Part shown: in pieces, positions 23,909 to 38,279 of the stretch
Numbering within the stretch: position 1 is the first letter of the stretch
How the letters are laid out: every line of letters starts with the position of its first letter
NCBI RefSeq assembly: GCF_036321535.1
Contig: NC_087436.1
Coordinates: forward strand, 93,560,001 to 93,624,000
From: Camelus dromedarius
Lineage: Eukaryota
Direction: 5' to 3'
Length of the DNA: 64,000 nucleotides
Notes under the pieces: generated by a model
Database searches by the model: none
Told to the model about the DNA's origin: nothing
Seen by the model: the letters and a program-made list of their open reading frames with translations, nothing else
Position numbers and translations under genes: made by a program

Positions 23909-24900
23909 AATCTTTAGTGTTTGTTACATCTGTGATGGGTTTTCATGTCATCTGTGAACAGAGATCATTTTACTTCTTCTTTTCCAATTTGGATGCTTTT
24001 TATTTCTTTTTCTTATCTAATTGCTCTGGCTAGAGCTTCCAGTACTGTATTGAACAGAAGTGGCAAGAGTGGGCATTCTTGTCTTGTTCTGGATCTTAAT
24101 GGAAAAGCTTTCAGCCTTTTACCATTGAGTATGTTGTTCGCTGTGGGCCCTTCATATAAGGCCTTTGTTTTATTGAAGTCATTTCCTTCTGTTCCTAATT
24201 TGTTGAGTGTTTTTACATGAAAGGGTGTTGAATTTTGCCAGATTTTTTTCTGCATCAATTGAGATGATCATGTGTTTCTTTCCTTAATTTTTAATGTGTT
24301 GTATTATATTGATTGATTTTCATATGTTGAACCATCCTTGTATTCCAGCAATAAATCCCACTTTTAATATTCTGTTTAATTTAATATTCTGCTAATATTT
24401 TGTTGAGGATTTTTCCATCAATATTCATAAGGGATAATGTTCTGTAGTTTTTGGTGTAGTGCTGGATTCATAGGATGAGTTTGGAAGTGTTCCCCCCTCT
24501 TTAATTTTTTTAGAAGGCTTGAGAAGAATTGATGTTAGTTAATTCTTCTTTAAATGTTTGATGGAATTTACCAGTGAAGCCATCTGGTCCTAGACTTTTC
24601 TTATCTAAGATTACTGATCAATGTTGTTATTAGTTAGAGGTCTGATTTGCTTTCTTCATAATGCCATCTTGGTGTTTTTAGAAATGTGCTCATTTCATCT
24701 AGGTTATCAAATTTGTTGGCATACAGTTGTTCACAGTACTCTTTTATAATCTTTTGTATTTCTGTAAAATTGATAGTGTTCTCTTTTTCATTTCCGATTT
24801 TAGTTATATGAATATTCTTTTTTTTTTTCTTAGTCTAACTAAAGGTTTGTCAGTTTTGTTGGTCTTTTTAAAGAGCCAACTCTTGGTTTTGTTGATTTTC
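23510..24900 (-). mobile_element. L1 ORF2 (reverse transcriptase region) fragment, decayed
   Basis: Minus-strand ORF 24013-24258 contains [50 protein letters not shown], a clear match to L1 ORF2p RT; the frame is broken on both sides. Confidence 0.95.
23871..23906. repeat. (GT)18 microsatellite
   Basis: Perfect dinucleotide run inside the L1. Confidence 0.95.
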
Positions 24901-26689
24901 CTCAGAAGTTGGCTTTTATGACTTTTACTTACAAGTCATTCTTATACTAAGCAAATTGGTATTTGTATCAGTTTAATATTAGACTTCTGTATTTTATTTT
25001 TGTCATTTGGCAATGAATGAGACCCCTTTGCCTTACCCTTGTATGAAGAGTTTAAATAATCAGTGCTTTTAAAATAATGAATTTTTTTACAATGACTTTT
25101 CTTCTTCTTAGGTGATATTTTTGTCTCACTGCCTATTATAATTTGCTCTTATAATTTGTTGCACTGTTGTGGTTATTCTCTCAGGGATAGTTAAGGTAGC
25201 GTTCCATGATTTGGTTTCCAACTGGGAAATTCTTTATATTTTCGTCATGCTAAACTGCTGAAAGTTTAGGTGAGATTAATTAATTTTCATAATTATTTTA
25301 CATAAATAAAAGCCAATTTTTTTTTTGTAAAAGTAGGTGAACTTAGGGAGGAAAGCTTAGAGGACTAGTAGGTGGAAAATTACACATTTTAGTTGTTTTT
25401 GTGAACCATGATGTTTCACTCACTGATGTGGACTTACTGCCTCTTCCCACTTTACTCCCCCATGCAAAAATTTTGATGTTACCAAAATTCAATCAGTGGC
25501 CCTCTCAGTAATTAATATAAACCAATAAGAAGTTTCAGCATTACTTTCAAGGGATTACCATTCAAAGCAATTCATTTCACAGCTCCCACTCCCTACCCTC
25601 CACTCTTTTCCCCCTGCAATAGAAGCTAAAAATGTCCAGGCCTGTTGGCCTACTTTTATTACTTCTTGATAATCCATTTACTCAATCTATTTGGACCAGA
25701 TGTATTTAATCTAAGAGGCATTATGAATACTTGCCTTCTGTTGTGTGATGTCCTTGTTTTTTTCATCATCCCAATCCTTATATAAAACCACTTGTGAATC
25801 AAATAATTTATTTTGTGAAGTAATTTCTATCAATTCCCCCATAGATTTGTTAGTTTCTTATTATCTAATTGCTTTTATTTTACCAATAAAGTAGTTTCTT
25901 ATACAGTTTCTTTATTCTGTTTATTCTTTATTCTGTTTCATTGATTGTAAGACATCTTTTAACATTTTTGAAATTTGGTGTATCTTGCATTGCTGACATT
26001 TTACGACTATTATTGGCAGCACCTTTGTTTTTATTCTTGGTACATAAAATAGTGGTATATCTTCCAATAGCACTTGGATTTGATGAAATAAGTTACTATT
26101 AATAATCATTGTAACAATTACTGTTAGACACATAATGTTGAAGTGCTTCTTTTACAAGGATCTGTAAATGGCAGTATAACAGTTTTACCAAAGGATCTAT
26201 AAATGACAATATAAAGATCAAGTTTTACAGAAAGTTTAGGGTGGAAAATCACTTATAAGCTCCATATCTATGGACTTAAACAAGTATTTTGTATATTTCA
26301 TTTCAGTCTTCTTTTACATATGTGTATGTTTTTATTTGGTTGTAGTTATAGTATACATCTTATTTTAATTCTTATTTTTTATTACTGTTAAATCTTAATT
26401 TCCCTTTGTTGCAGGACTTCATATTTGTCATATTTAGTAGTTCCACAGTCTATCCAGTGGTTGACCATAATAAAACAGTACATTCCCCGGCTGTTAAAAA
26501 TTCAGAATATTGCCATTTTCCTATGATGAATAATGCTTAGTGAATACCTCTCTTGCATATTTTTTGATTATTAATTTTGACCATTTTCTTAATGAAGTAT
26601 AACTTTGTAGAAGCCTCCTGAACTTTGTTTTATTATCAAGAATCAATCTTTTTATTTAGATAAGTGACCAAATAGCCACTAGTGTAGTG

Positions 26690-26875
26690 TGATTCGTTCG
26701 TTCATTCATCGTCAACAATATACTGGAGTCTTATGTGTTCAGTAATGCCAAGAGCTGAGTATTACAAGTTCAGTGGGGCACACCTCTGACCTCTAGTATC
26801 TCATAGTCCAGTGGGAGACAGAGACTGTCAAAAATAAATACAGCCATAAGATGAGTGATGTTGGAAAGATATGAT
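26690..26875 (-). mobile_element. L2 3' end
   Basis: attcgttcgttcattcatcgtcaacaatatactggagtcttatgtg...ctcatagtccagtgggagacaga. Confidence 0.6.
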
Positions 26876-29149
26876 TAAGTTTCCTAGTTGCATGTAATTG
26901 ACTTTGACAGCACTTTTGATTGGTATCCTTTGTAATATAAGAGATGTGAACATATTCTTGTCACATACAAATTTTAAAAAGCGTGTGTAATAGGCTTAAT
27001 CATATGACAGAAAATGGTCCCATTTGACCTATCCAACCTATTTTCCTTCAGGACTAAATCTTTTTGGGAGGTCTCTGAGCCAGTGTTCATCCAGTGTTCC
27101 GTGTGTCATGTTTCCCCAATATGGGACGTTCCCTGTAGCCAGTCAGTGTGCCACATGCCTCATTCCCAGTACAGAATGCTGCGTTTGTAGTAAATGTTGA
27201 AGGATTGGTGTTCATTTGACTTGCTTTCAGTTACTTCTTTTTCAAGTGAGCAGTAATACTTCACCATTTTATACTTTCCTTAGAGCTTCATTGGCTATCA
27301 GTTTACATTGTGTGATATTGGTGAAATCAGTGCCATTTTAATTATACTTTGTTGTATTCGTTTAGTCAAAAATTTTTAGATTAAGGTGTTTGAGAGATTA
27401 TATGATTTAATAGAGATTCTTAAAAGTTAAAAAAGAAATCTGCTACTTATGATGATAGGAAGCAGAACCTACACAGGATGAAATAAAACTCCTCAGTGTA
27501 AATTTCTAGACAATCTCTGAAGCCATTGGAGAGGGGGGTAAAACAAAGAAATATTTCTGTATATCTAAATATTAATTCAGGCTTTGGACACAATGAGTCT
27601 ATTTTGGAAACAGCTATTTAGGGTTTCACCATTTTGAAATTCATTAGCAAGCTAGAATTTGCCTTTTGTATGCTTGTGTACCAGAAACTGATGCTTATTT
27701 TAAAATTCTCGAAAAAGTAGTCTTGGGAAAGCTTTTGAGTCTGATTTCTTGGAATCACCCCCCTCCCGTTCATTTCTGAAACCTGCGTAGCAGAATTGTA
27801 CTTTGTTCTCTACAGAGTTTTGGTGATTTGATTGTGTATTTACTTTAATACACATATTGCTGTGCAGAATCAATGTCCATTGTAATCCTCAAATGAAATT
27901 GGGCGGGGGAAGGGATCTGGGATTGACTGAGATGAATTTTTCCCAGCTTTTTAAAACACTGTGTGAACACAGTATAATTCACTTGGACAACTCTGGAATG
28001 AAACTCTTGTTTTAGGGGCCATTAAATATTTCATGGGAGCTGACTGCACAGGAGAAGAATATATGGTAAAGATGCTTTGGCAGTTGATAGAATTTGAAGT
28101 AGCATTTACATCACCAACTGAAATACAATTAATTTTTTTCCAAGGTGATTTATAGCCTGACTTCTGTGACTGAGGGATTGATCTCTTGGCAAGTCTTTAT
28201 GAAATAACACTTCAGGAGAGGAAATTACACGCATGCATCAGCCTTTGCATTTATTTTGTTTATTTTGTAAGTCGTCTTTACAGGGTGTGTATAATCTTGT
28301 TCTGTCCAACTAACAAAAACTGTAGCTGTACTTTGTTGTGAAAGACTTCCTCAGTTTCGAGAAACAATGAGCACCTCAGAAAGAAGCTTGCTTTCTTTGT
28401 GTCTACATTTCTATTAATGTCATTCCTGCATTTGACTCTTTTATGAAGCCCTTTTGGTCCCATCAACAGTTTGTTCTAAGCTATCTATCTTAACTTCTAG
28501 CTTTGTCTGCAAATGTGTGGGTTAGCCTGAGACATATGCAGATAAATTGCCCAGGGTTAAGCTTTCTCAGTCTTGGAACTAAATATGCTGCAGTAGGCTG
28601 AGCTGATGGATGCAGCTTTGCAGCAATATTGATGTTTCTGCAGTTGAATATAAATCTTTGAGTGCCTTGGTTTGCATTTTCATATTTGTGTGCAGTTCTT
28701 GACCACTGGCTTCCAAATGGCTTCATCTCTCAGAAAGCTCTGTGTTAAGTAGAAAGACAAAGAAAATTGTTCTTTCTCACCCACTGCTCCCCTGCCCACT
28801 CAAAACAACAAGAATCGTGAGCATGAGGCTTTTGCCAAACGTAAGTAATGACAACTCTCAATTCATAAACAGATTACATTCTCATGGCTTGTCATAAAGT
28901 CAGTTAGTGGTTTTGAACTTGGAATGTGTTTTCTAACGGGAGACAACAATTCAAATAATAGATAAGCCTATTGAAACTTCTTTAACCCATAACATTCCAG
29001 CAGTATAGTTTCACTTGTACCTTAAAACCCAATCTTCCTACATGCTTCCCTGTGAAAAATGTCCTTGTTTCTGCTTTGATGTCATAAAACACATAAACAT
29101 TTCATTCTTAACTTCGGTAGGCAGCTGCCTATCTCTATGTGTCTATCCT

Positions 29150-29680
29150 GGAGCAGTATATCAGGCAGTTCTTAGACAGAAGCAATGGGGACTAGCTGAA
29201 TGGTGTAAGCAGAGAAGTAATTTATAGAGAAGATATTGGGTAGTTTCTCAAAATCCTAGAAGTTGGAAAAAGAGAAGGAGCAATTAGAAACTACACAGCC
29301 AGATTCATAGCCAAGATCATATGCCGTGATTAGTTCTATGCAGGGTGAACTCTGTCACTTAACACTGGACCATGGTAGTTCACACTGACCACGCCACTGG
29401 GACCAGACACTTGCTACCAGCTCTGTCACCTCAGCCTTTGCTGCTTCCAGGCACTAGCTATTACCCACTATCGTTTCCTCCTGCCTCTGCCTCTGCCTGT
29501 TTGTGTCTCCAGCTCTGGATGCAGGGCTGACCAAGACTAAGTCATGTGCCCATGCCTTAGCTGCCGTGGAGTCTGGGAAGGTGAGTGTCTGGCCATTTTT
29601 GCCTCTGTGTTGAAAGATGTGGCTCTCATCAACACTCATGAGAAATTTCCCAAATATAGGAAGAAGGTACGGAGGCTGAA
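29150..29680. mobile_element. MaLR solo LTR (MLT1N2/MLT1M-like)
   Basis: ctaagtcatgtgcccatgccttagctgccgtggagtctgggaaggtgagtgtctggccatttttgcctct...cccaaatataggaag resembles old MLT1 LTRs. Confidence 0.6.
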
Positions 29681-30099
29681 TCTTTTCCGTCCTTCCGCCT
29701 TCTACATGGGTAAATCTTCACTATAAGAAACCAAAATTAGGGCTCTGGTAGACGGGGAGTGGCCAACATGTTTATCTATTTGACGCTGTAGTTAATGACC
29801 CTGTGATAACAAAGGTGGCTGATTCCCCTTGTGCACTGGTATCCATTGACCCTTCCACCACGTGTTAACTAAACCTGGAGGTGTCCCCTGACGATTTAGG
29901 TATATTTGACCTCTCACAATGTGTTCCTTATCACTTTAAGATAAAATGCATTAAATTAAATTTTAACGATTTGATTAACTAGGAGGAGCAGATTAAGATT
30001 TGTCTTTTTTTTAGATTTATAGTATATTATCAGTCTGTCTTAGATGGTTAGGTAGTTTATATTTTATTGATCAATTTCTACCCTTTTAAAAATACATTT

Positions 30100-32400
30100 T
30101 TTATTCACAATGATACATATGTATAGCTTAAAAATTCCTGCCTGCTTATTTGCATTGTCATTTCCCATTTCTACTATCAATTCAGTTAGCTCTTCTCATT
30201 ATTTACTTCCATGTAGCTAATTAATACCTTTCTATTGATATTTCTTGAATTTTTTTTTTCATTTTTTGATACTCAGTATTGAATTTCTATTAAGGAAGGT
30301 AAGGGGTTAGCTCTCTTTTGTAATCCCTCGCTTACATACCTTCCTTTCTCTCTCCAAGATAGTTATGTCTCCATTTGTTTCCACTGTAAATATTTTTCAT
30401 AGCTGAGTTATGCAGTGTACTGCAATTTTATTTCCTTTCTTTTTCAGCATATTAAAGAATTCTATTTTTTTTTTTGGCTTCCTATTCTATTTATGTACTA
30501 CTTATCCTCAAATTCTCAAGTGAGGTCAAACACAATGGCTTATCTCTCAGTTCTTTGGTGTGTGTGTGTGTGTGTGAGTGTGTGATGTTTTTCTGGGAGC
30601 CTTCTGCTTGCCTACTCCCTCCTGGACTGTTGACTCCTGTGGCCTCACGCACAGCTGTTGACCTGGAATTTTCCTTTACTAGCATGTTGGGAGTTCTTGA
30701 TTGACCTATTTACTGAATAGCATCTCTCCTGCTTTTGTCTCTCTTCTGGTGGAGGCACATTGCGCAGTTGCTTCTTGAGAAGGAAGAGTGTATATGATGT
30801 AATTTTTTTGAGATCTGGCAGGTGTGAAAATGCCACTTAGTCTCTCCTCACATATGACTGATACAGGATTTAAAGTTGGAAATTATTTTCCCTGAGAGTT
30901 TTGGAGTCCTTCCTTCATTTTCTTCCACTTCTAATTTTGTTATTGAATTGTTGGATGCTTTTCTGATTCTGGTTAATTATATGTGGCTTTTTTTTGGCGG
31001 TTGGGGGTAAGCTTTTAGAGTCTTTCATTTTTAATCCCCTAATGTTCTGAGGTTTCATCATAATGTGCCTTGGTGCATAACTTTTTTCACTCATTGTGAA
31101 GGTCTTTGTGGGAGGTGGTGGAGAATGATTTTCTCCCTACTGTTTTCTGTATCTCTTTTCTGGGACTCTTATTTGTCAGATGCTGAAACTTCTGTATTAT
31201 TCCTCCAATTTATTGTTTAAAAAAAAGTTTCCTGATTGCTAGCCTGCTATTTTTTTGTTCTACCCCTGGGGAACATTTATCTCTACCATCTTCTAACCTT
31301 TCTATGGATTAAAAAAGTTGTGTGTGTGTGTGTGAGGGGGTAATTAGGTTTTTATTTATTTGTAACAGAGGTACTGGGAATTGAGCCCATGACCTCATGC
31401 GTGCTAAGCATGTACTCTACCACTGAGCTATACCCTCTCCCACCTATGGATTTTTAATTTCTATGATCATAATATTAACTTCTAGAAATTCTTTCTTGTT
31501 CTCAAATATTTCTATTTTATAGCATCCTATTCTTTTTTTGCTTTATAGATGCAGATATCTTTTCATAATGTGTATATGAAGTTTTTTCCTGCTCCCAGCA
31601 TTAACTCTGGTTTCTCCTAGAGACCCTGTCTGTCCTGTAGCCTCTTCATCACATGTCTGCTGATCATTTGCTATCCACTTGTATTTATGTGGAGGCACTG
31701 GAAGCTCTCTGTGCAGAGCAAGTTGACAGGCTTTCTCTCTTCTCAACTGGTGACCTTACCATAGGGTGATTTTCTGTATTTCAGAAGCGCCCTTTCTCCC
31801 TAGTTATGGTAACTTTAGATCTCTTTTCTTGGGCTGGTTAGAAGCCCAGCAAAGGAAGGGGCTGTGGGTCCCTCCATTCAGAGGGTACACTTTGACTCAG
31901 TCCTTTTTTTCGAAATGGTACCTCCACCCAGTCACTACTCCTAGTGTCCCTGAGTACAGACCTTCTCAGGTGGAAGGAGAGACAGTTGACAAGCTTCATG
32001 GCTGGGGAAGGGTCTGGAGGTTTACTTCTTAAAACGTCTTGCAAGCAGTTCTCCAGTTTTCAGTGCCACCTCCATGCCACCCTCTCCATCCACCCCCACT
32101 GGATGTCACTGTGCCTGAACTTGTACTTTCCTGCATTTCTGTGCCCCATATTGGCTTGTTTCTTCCAGACAGTTCTGCCTGCAGGCATTTAAGTTTTCTC
32201 TGTCTCTGCTTTGAAAACTCACTCATTATTAGCCCATCTGCTTTCCATTTTCCATAAATTTTTTCCATCAGTTTTCTCCTCTTCCATTTTCTTTCTTCTT
32301 GTGAGTTTATCTCTGCCTTTTGTTTAGTGTCATTTAGTGAAGTTTGGAGGGAATGCAGTTAAGCACATGATTGTAATCTACCACATGATCCTGAAAAGTC
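30100..32400 (-). mobile_element. Very old L1/HAL1-type fragments (ORF1 region)
   Basis: T-rich strand with motifs such as ggaaattattttccctgagagttttggag, ttcatcataatgtgccttggtg and ctcttatttgtcagatgctgaaacttctg; heavily decayed, boundaries uncertain. Confidence 0.55.
31311..31443 (-). mobile_element. Camelid tRNA-derived SINE (Vic-1 type), long-tail form
   Basis: Minus strand reads GGGAGAGGGTATAGCTCAGTGGTAGAG (A box)...GGGCTCAATTCCCAGTACCTC (B box); TSD ctatggatt at 31302-31310 and 31444-31452. Confidence 0.9.
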
Positions 32401-35400
32401 CCTATTCATGAACTTTTGAAACTTAGTCTTTCAATTTGGATACATGGTTGTCTGGTCCATTAAAAAAGTTTATTTGGTTACTCTTGGTTGGATGCTGTTT
32501 ACTGTACTTTACAGTTTCATTCAAGGATTGTTACTCTCACTGTCAAAATGAACTAGGTGTCACCCTTTCTTAATTTGAGTACATAATAGGAAAAAGTCTC
32601 AGTTATTTCTTAGGTATAAATTCCAAGTCTGACCTCAAACACAGTCACAAGAATAACATACAATTTACACCATTAGAAAGAAATGACTTCCATCCCCTGG
32701 GGTTTTCCACGGTCATAATCCCAGTTGGGCCAATCTTTCTTAGATTCCCAAGTAATTTGACTTGAGTTGTGTCCAAGATGGGAAAACATTCTTTTCTCAG
32801 AACCATTTTACACAGCCGTCACAGTTGTATTCTTCAGGACACTGAGTTTCCATGAGACATCTCTGTAGATTATATAGAAGAATGTCAGACCATGTCCTCC
32901 ATTCCTAGGATAAAAATCACTCAGCATATCTCTTGCAAAATGCAGAAGATTTTGTAATGTGCCAAAGGCTTACATTATTGAACATGTAAATGCCACAGCA
33001 GAATCAGGACCAAATATGATCTCTCTTTCAACTTTTTCCTTAAATTCTATTAGTACTCCAATTTTAACATTAAAATTGCTTTTAAAAATAATGTTTCATA
33101 TGTTGTTAAAGTATGTCAAGAATTACTATAAAATTGCTATGGGCCATATTCAGCCATCGTGGAGCAAAAAGGAAGCCAATTCAAATTTTACAAGTTTTTA
33201 TGACGTGTAGAATTTGAATGAATACAGGGGAGTCTGATCTGATTCCTAGTTTGGAGTTTATAGAATCCTTTTAAAAAATGTTTACCTTCACATGGTAGAA
33301 TTAATATTTTTGTCTCAGACATCCTGTGTTATTTGTTGATAAATCAAGATTGAGAGTATGTGGAGGTTCTGAGAGGAAACATTTCTGTTTGAAAGTTCCT
33401 GTTTTCATCATGATAGGTAAAGAGTGCCAGGCATCTGTTTTGTGCTGAAGCTTACTAGAAGTGTCGCTGCCTCTGAGCAACAAGCGGGGAGTACTTCTGT
33501 CCTTAAAACCGAAAATAGATGCTCTTTCTCATTATCATAACTCAAAAGATCATCTTTTTTAATGAGATGGGTGCATCCCTTGTGGCTTTCACTGATTTAA
33601 TGATCAGATTATTTAATGCAGAGCTTGGAGAAAAATAGGTCTGGTGAGATAGATAATGGAATTTTTACTGAAAGCTGAAACAGCCTCAACTTTGTTTTTT
33701 TCTTTTTCCTTCTGTAAATCTGTTTACTTCTTTCTTTTATTTTTTTGTTTACTATTTTTGATGATTCTTAAAGAGATTTTTCTGTCTTATTTTAACATAT
33801 TAATACATTTACATGCTTATCACTGTATTTTAACTTCAAAAGATCATCACCACGGGAGAAAAAAAATTATTTGCAAGACAAACTGGATGTGTCAGGATTT
33901 AGGTATACTATGTATAGTCTAACTTGCTTTAGACAACTCTGCAAAGTATTGTGTATCAATGTGTTTACAGTTGGAGGGAGAAAAATTGCTTCTTTGCTGA
34001 TTTTAGGAAGTTCTGTCTGTGTTTTGGAAAGTGCAAGAGAAAATAAAGAAAGTAGAAGTCATTTAAGGGAAATAAGATAATGTGTATGGAAGTGTCTTGT
34101 AAACTGCAAAATAACATAAAGATGTTAGTTACTATTGTTGCATGGATTTAACTTAAAGTGAGAAAGCAAAGATTCAATAAAGAAAAATGAGAAAAAGAGA
34201 CAAGAAACCGTTTGAATAAGAAAAAGTTAAGGAAGAAACAAAGTGGGAATATAATGGCGGGATTTTAGCATTCTAGTTTTTTTAACCTGAAAATGCAGTA
34301 ATACTTGTACCTCCTATTTAAACAGTTAAGCTAAAAACAATTTTATTTATTAACTAAAAGGGAAGCTGTCAAAAATAATTGCAAAGAGGATTTTATCACA
34401 TGAGGTGGTGAGAGTTGGATAGAAACCACGAAGCGGATGACTTTCTCAGCTCTAAATAAAGATCTGTGTGTCATAGGGGTTTATGTACCATGTTTCCACT
34501 TAGTTAAGTTTTAATTTACATTTGTTGCTATTGTCCGAGCCTTTCATTTGTTCTTCTTCATACATTTGCAAAGTAGGTATCATTAACCCATTTTACAGAT
34601 GGGCATGGTGGGCTAATGGACTCACAGCCACTTACTTACGCAGTGACAAAGCCCTCCCTTCTCTGGGCTGTGAGTTTATGCCCACGTTTCCAGAGATACT
34701 TCACATCAGAGCAGTTGATTCTATTGTGTTCCTGGATATTCAGCTTATTGAATTTCTCTAAAAGAAGTCCTTGTTAAATAACCGTGGTCACTTATAAGTA
34801 ACACCCCAGGGCATGTTTTAGATTTGGCTGTATTTGTGCTAGATGACTTAATACTGTGTCCATTCTATAAGAACCAAGGAATAAACAAAAAAGACACCCC
34901 GACTGCTCCAGTATGGGTTCAGAGTCTGTGTACTGTGTCTTTCAGACCTTATCTGGAGCTTGGTATTTTAAGTTTTAGTTCTTTTATGTTTTTAAATTTT
35001 ATTTGGTTTCCAAAATCATAGCTGAGCTTGAAAAAAGGAAAGGTTGATACTCTGACGGCAGTGAGACTCAACTTTTAACAGAAAAGGAGAGAAGGTAACC
35101 AAACTATGAAAGGTGGGCAAAATATCTCCCAAAACAAAGCAGTCAGCAGCCTTTGAGGGGAGGAGCAAGCAGCTCGCTGTGCCTCAAAAGGTTATCTTGC
35201 CACTGGGTTTTCTAGGCAGGGTCAGTCTGGGTACCAGCCGCACACACATAGAGCCAGTCTTACACGCTCTCCCTCTATTCTATCCATTTTCCACTCCATC
35301 TTTCACTCAGATCCTGACTCTACTTGGCTCTTGACCTGGCTCTGTGACTCAGGTTTCACCTTTGGCTCTCCAAAGTGTATTTATATCTGTGTTTTTCTTG

Positions 35401-38279
35401 GTGTTTGAATTTCAGCAGTCTCTTCGTTTTGATTTTGATTGTCCTGTTGCTCTGGCAGGATTCCCACCAAGTTCTCTTCATGGTGGTAGAAACTCAACAT
35501 CTGCCTCATATCCCCTGGGCCAGCTTGTTTTCCTCAGAACTTGTGTTCTTAGGTTCCAGCAGAACAAGATAATTGATACTTATATTGACTATCCATGTCT
35601 CCAGAGATTAATCATATTCTGGATTCTCTGAGAAGGCATTACCTTTTAGAAAAAAAAATGCAGGATAGTTGAAATTAAACCCATTTTATTACTTAAATGG
35701 ATCATCCTTCAACTATAATGAAAATCTTCATCATCCTCAATGTCTTACTCCTTGAGGTTTCTAAAAAAGCAGAAAATACACGATACTATAACTGCAAAGT
35801 GTGCAGAGAGTCATAGTTTAATAAGTTATAGAATATATTATTTAGAGCATAAACCACCTTTTTTTAGTAGCACAGACCAGCTTTCATACCAGAAAAGATG
35901 TTACATTAAACAAAGCCCTTTAAATTTTTTTTTGTTTACAAATTTATCTTTTGTGTCAATAGTAGCAAATACTTAAGTAGAGATAGTATGTTATCATAAA
36001 ACAATTAGAAAGGGAGATGGTGGAACAAGTGGCTGTTGACATAAAATGTTTATTTTGGAGAGAATTCTTAGCATTTTTGCTCCGTATCAGCATAATAAGA
36101 ATTTGGAGGAGAGGAGGGAAGCATTAATGTATTTGTTGAGGATTAATGTCCTTGTGGAGCATTTGTGTTAGTGAATATATTATGGATAGTACCAGAGATA
36201 TAGTAATTAAAAAGTTGCACACTAAACACTTTACGCACCAGCATAAATATTCCTTTCCTCCCCTTGGTGGCTTGCATTCAAGTGAATAGCATACTGTTTA
36301 TCTTGCTCTCTTAGCTTCTTAATCAAGAGTAGAAAAAAGTGTGGTGGTCTCAAAGATTTGTTTCCTCCTCAGGATATTGCTGTTCAGATGGGTAGAAAGA
36401 GATTTTATGTTTCAGGACCAAGTTATTTTTTAAGAGTTTAGAAAAATGTCACACAGTACATGCTAATAAACCAAACAGCAACAACCCACTATTCCTCACT
36501 TTTGGAAACTTTATCATTAAAGTTGTTTCCAGACAACACTACAATGTGCTTCTTGTAAAATGTGTTCAGTGTGATTGGTGATACCTCACAGATAATGTTC
36601 TATAAAAGAAGTGAAATGATGAATGGTATAAATACATGTTAGGATCAGAATTTTTAAGGAAGTGAGACTTGATTATCTCAATAGGATCTCCTGTGCCAGT
36701 GGTTTGGAGCTGAGCAGATTGCTGTGTGGTGAGTGGCTGGGAGGAGAGGCCCCATGCTGTTAAAGTAATGATGTTCTGTCCTTCACACTGAAGGATGACA
36801 AAGAAGGCAGACAGATATAAAGGGGCAATTTCTGTTTCTTTGTATGCCCAGAATGTTCACACCTACTTATTTTCCCATTTAAGAGGCATCATGTTTTTCG
36901 TAATTTCATGATTTTTGAATTTTCTTAGTTGACACACACTATTTATTTATGAATTCATAAAGACTTTTTTCTGTGAAGAGGAAAGTAAATGTAATTGAAT
37001 GTGATTTGCAGCTTGGCTGTGAGTCAGCGTGGAAAAGGAAGGAATAGAAAGACTAATTCTGTTCTCACCATTTAATTGGCCTCTTTACCTCCTGGTTATG
37101 AGGACTCTTCACTTATGTATTGCTTTATTGATTTATTCCATATTTATAGACTGCCTGCTTCATCTCCCATGCCCCCGGAATACAAAGATGAATGGCCCAG
37201 TCAGTAGGCATCTGATGGCTCTGGAACCACCTCAGTCCTGGCTGACTTCAGTGGTGATAATGTGTTTATCTAGAATTCTAAAATGCTGTCATCTTCCAGA
37301 GATGGCCTGGAGATGTTCACGTGAATAGACAAAACCTGCAGCCACCTCAGAGTTCGTGAGATCACAGAGGCTGCCTGGAGAACATAAAATCGACTTTTCA
37401 AGGTGTTTTTCATCATGTTAGTTTTTCTCGTGGACCTTGCTACTTTGGGTATTATTGGAGTGCCTTCCAAAAACTAGATCACTCCACCCACTTCCAGATT
37501 CACCAAAACCTGAGGTGGAAGAGTGGGGCGGAGAGTGAGTGGAGATGCCATCCTTGCTGTCTGAAGGGGCATCACGCCAGGAAGTCTCAGGCAAACGTTA
37601 TGGCCGGCTCCACTCTCCTCCTTTTCTTGCCTTTAAGATGACTGACTCCTCATTTTCATTAGGTTAGTCATGCTAGAAGGGGTCTTTGAATTGAAGCATC
37701 TTAAGAAGCCTTGTAGGATAGTGGGTAGTGGTTTCATTTAATGACGTGATGTGTAAACCTTTGGAAGGGTGGGCACCTGAGACCAAGGATCATTTTAAGA
37801 ACATTCTTCTGAATCTCGTGCTTCTGCGGTATTCTTTGGTGCTAATAAGTTCTACTGTGGGCGTGTGTACCTTCCAGATGCCCCTTTCCTGTGTGTTTAT
37901 TTACCTTAAAACAAGGTTAGACTACTTTCATTGTAGACAGTAGCATGATGGAAACCAAGATTTTCAGGATCGCTGTCATCAAACCTTTTGCACGTCAGCT
38001 CCTTCTCAGTGAAGAGCCCTGGCAGCTGTTTTACCTGCAATATTGATGTCGTTTGCTCTGTTGTCGCCAGCATCCCAATTTTCACCTGCAAACTTACTAT
38101 AACAAGATTGATCTTTATTCTTCTAATCCTGATTTTCTTCTAATATCAGATGGTTATAGGGATCTTACTCCATCCTCACCTCCTCCCTCTTTTACTCTCA
38201 ACCTTTCTCTACTGACTCCATCCTATCCGTATGGACTTCCATTAGCACTTATCCCTTCTAACATCTGGTCATTCTCCTT

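Noticed and set aside
25112..25269. Exon candidate (cttcttcttAG...TAG|GTGAGA)
   Set aside because: Splice signals are plausible but the body is as T-rich as the surrounding intron, with no other support.
28860..29000. Possible old Tigger/MamRep fragment
   Set aside because: Resemblance too faint to assign a family or boundaries by eye.
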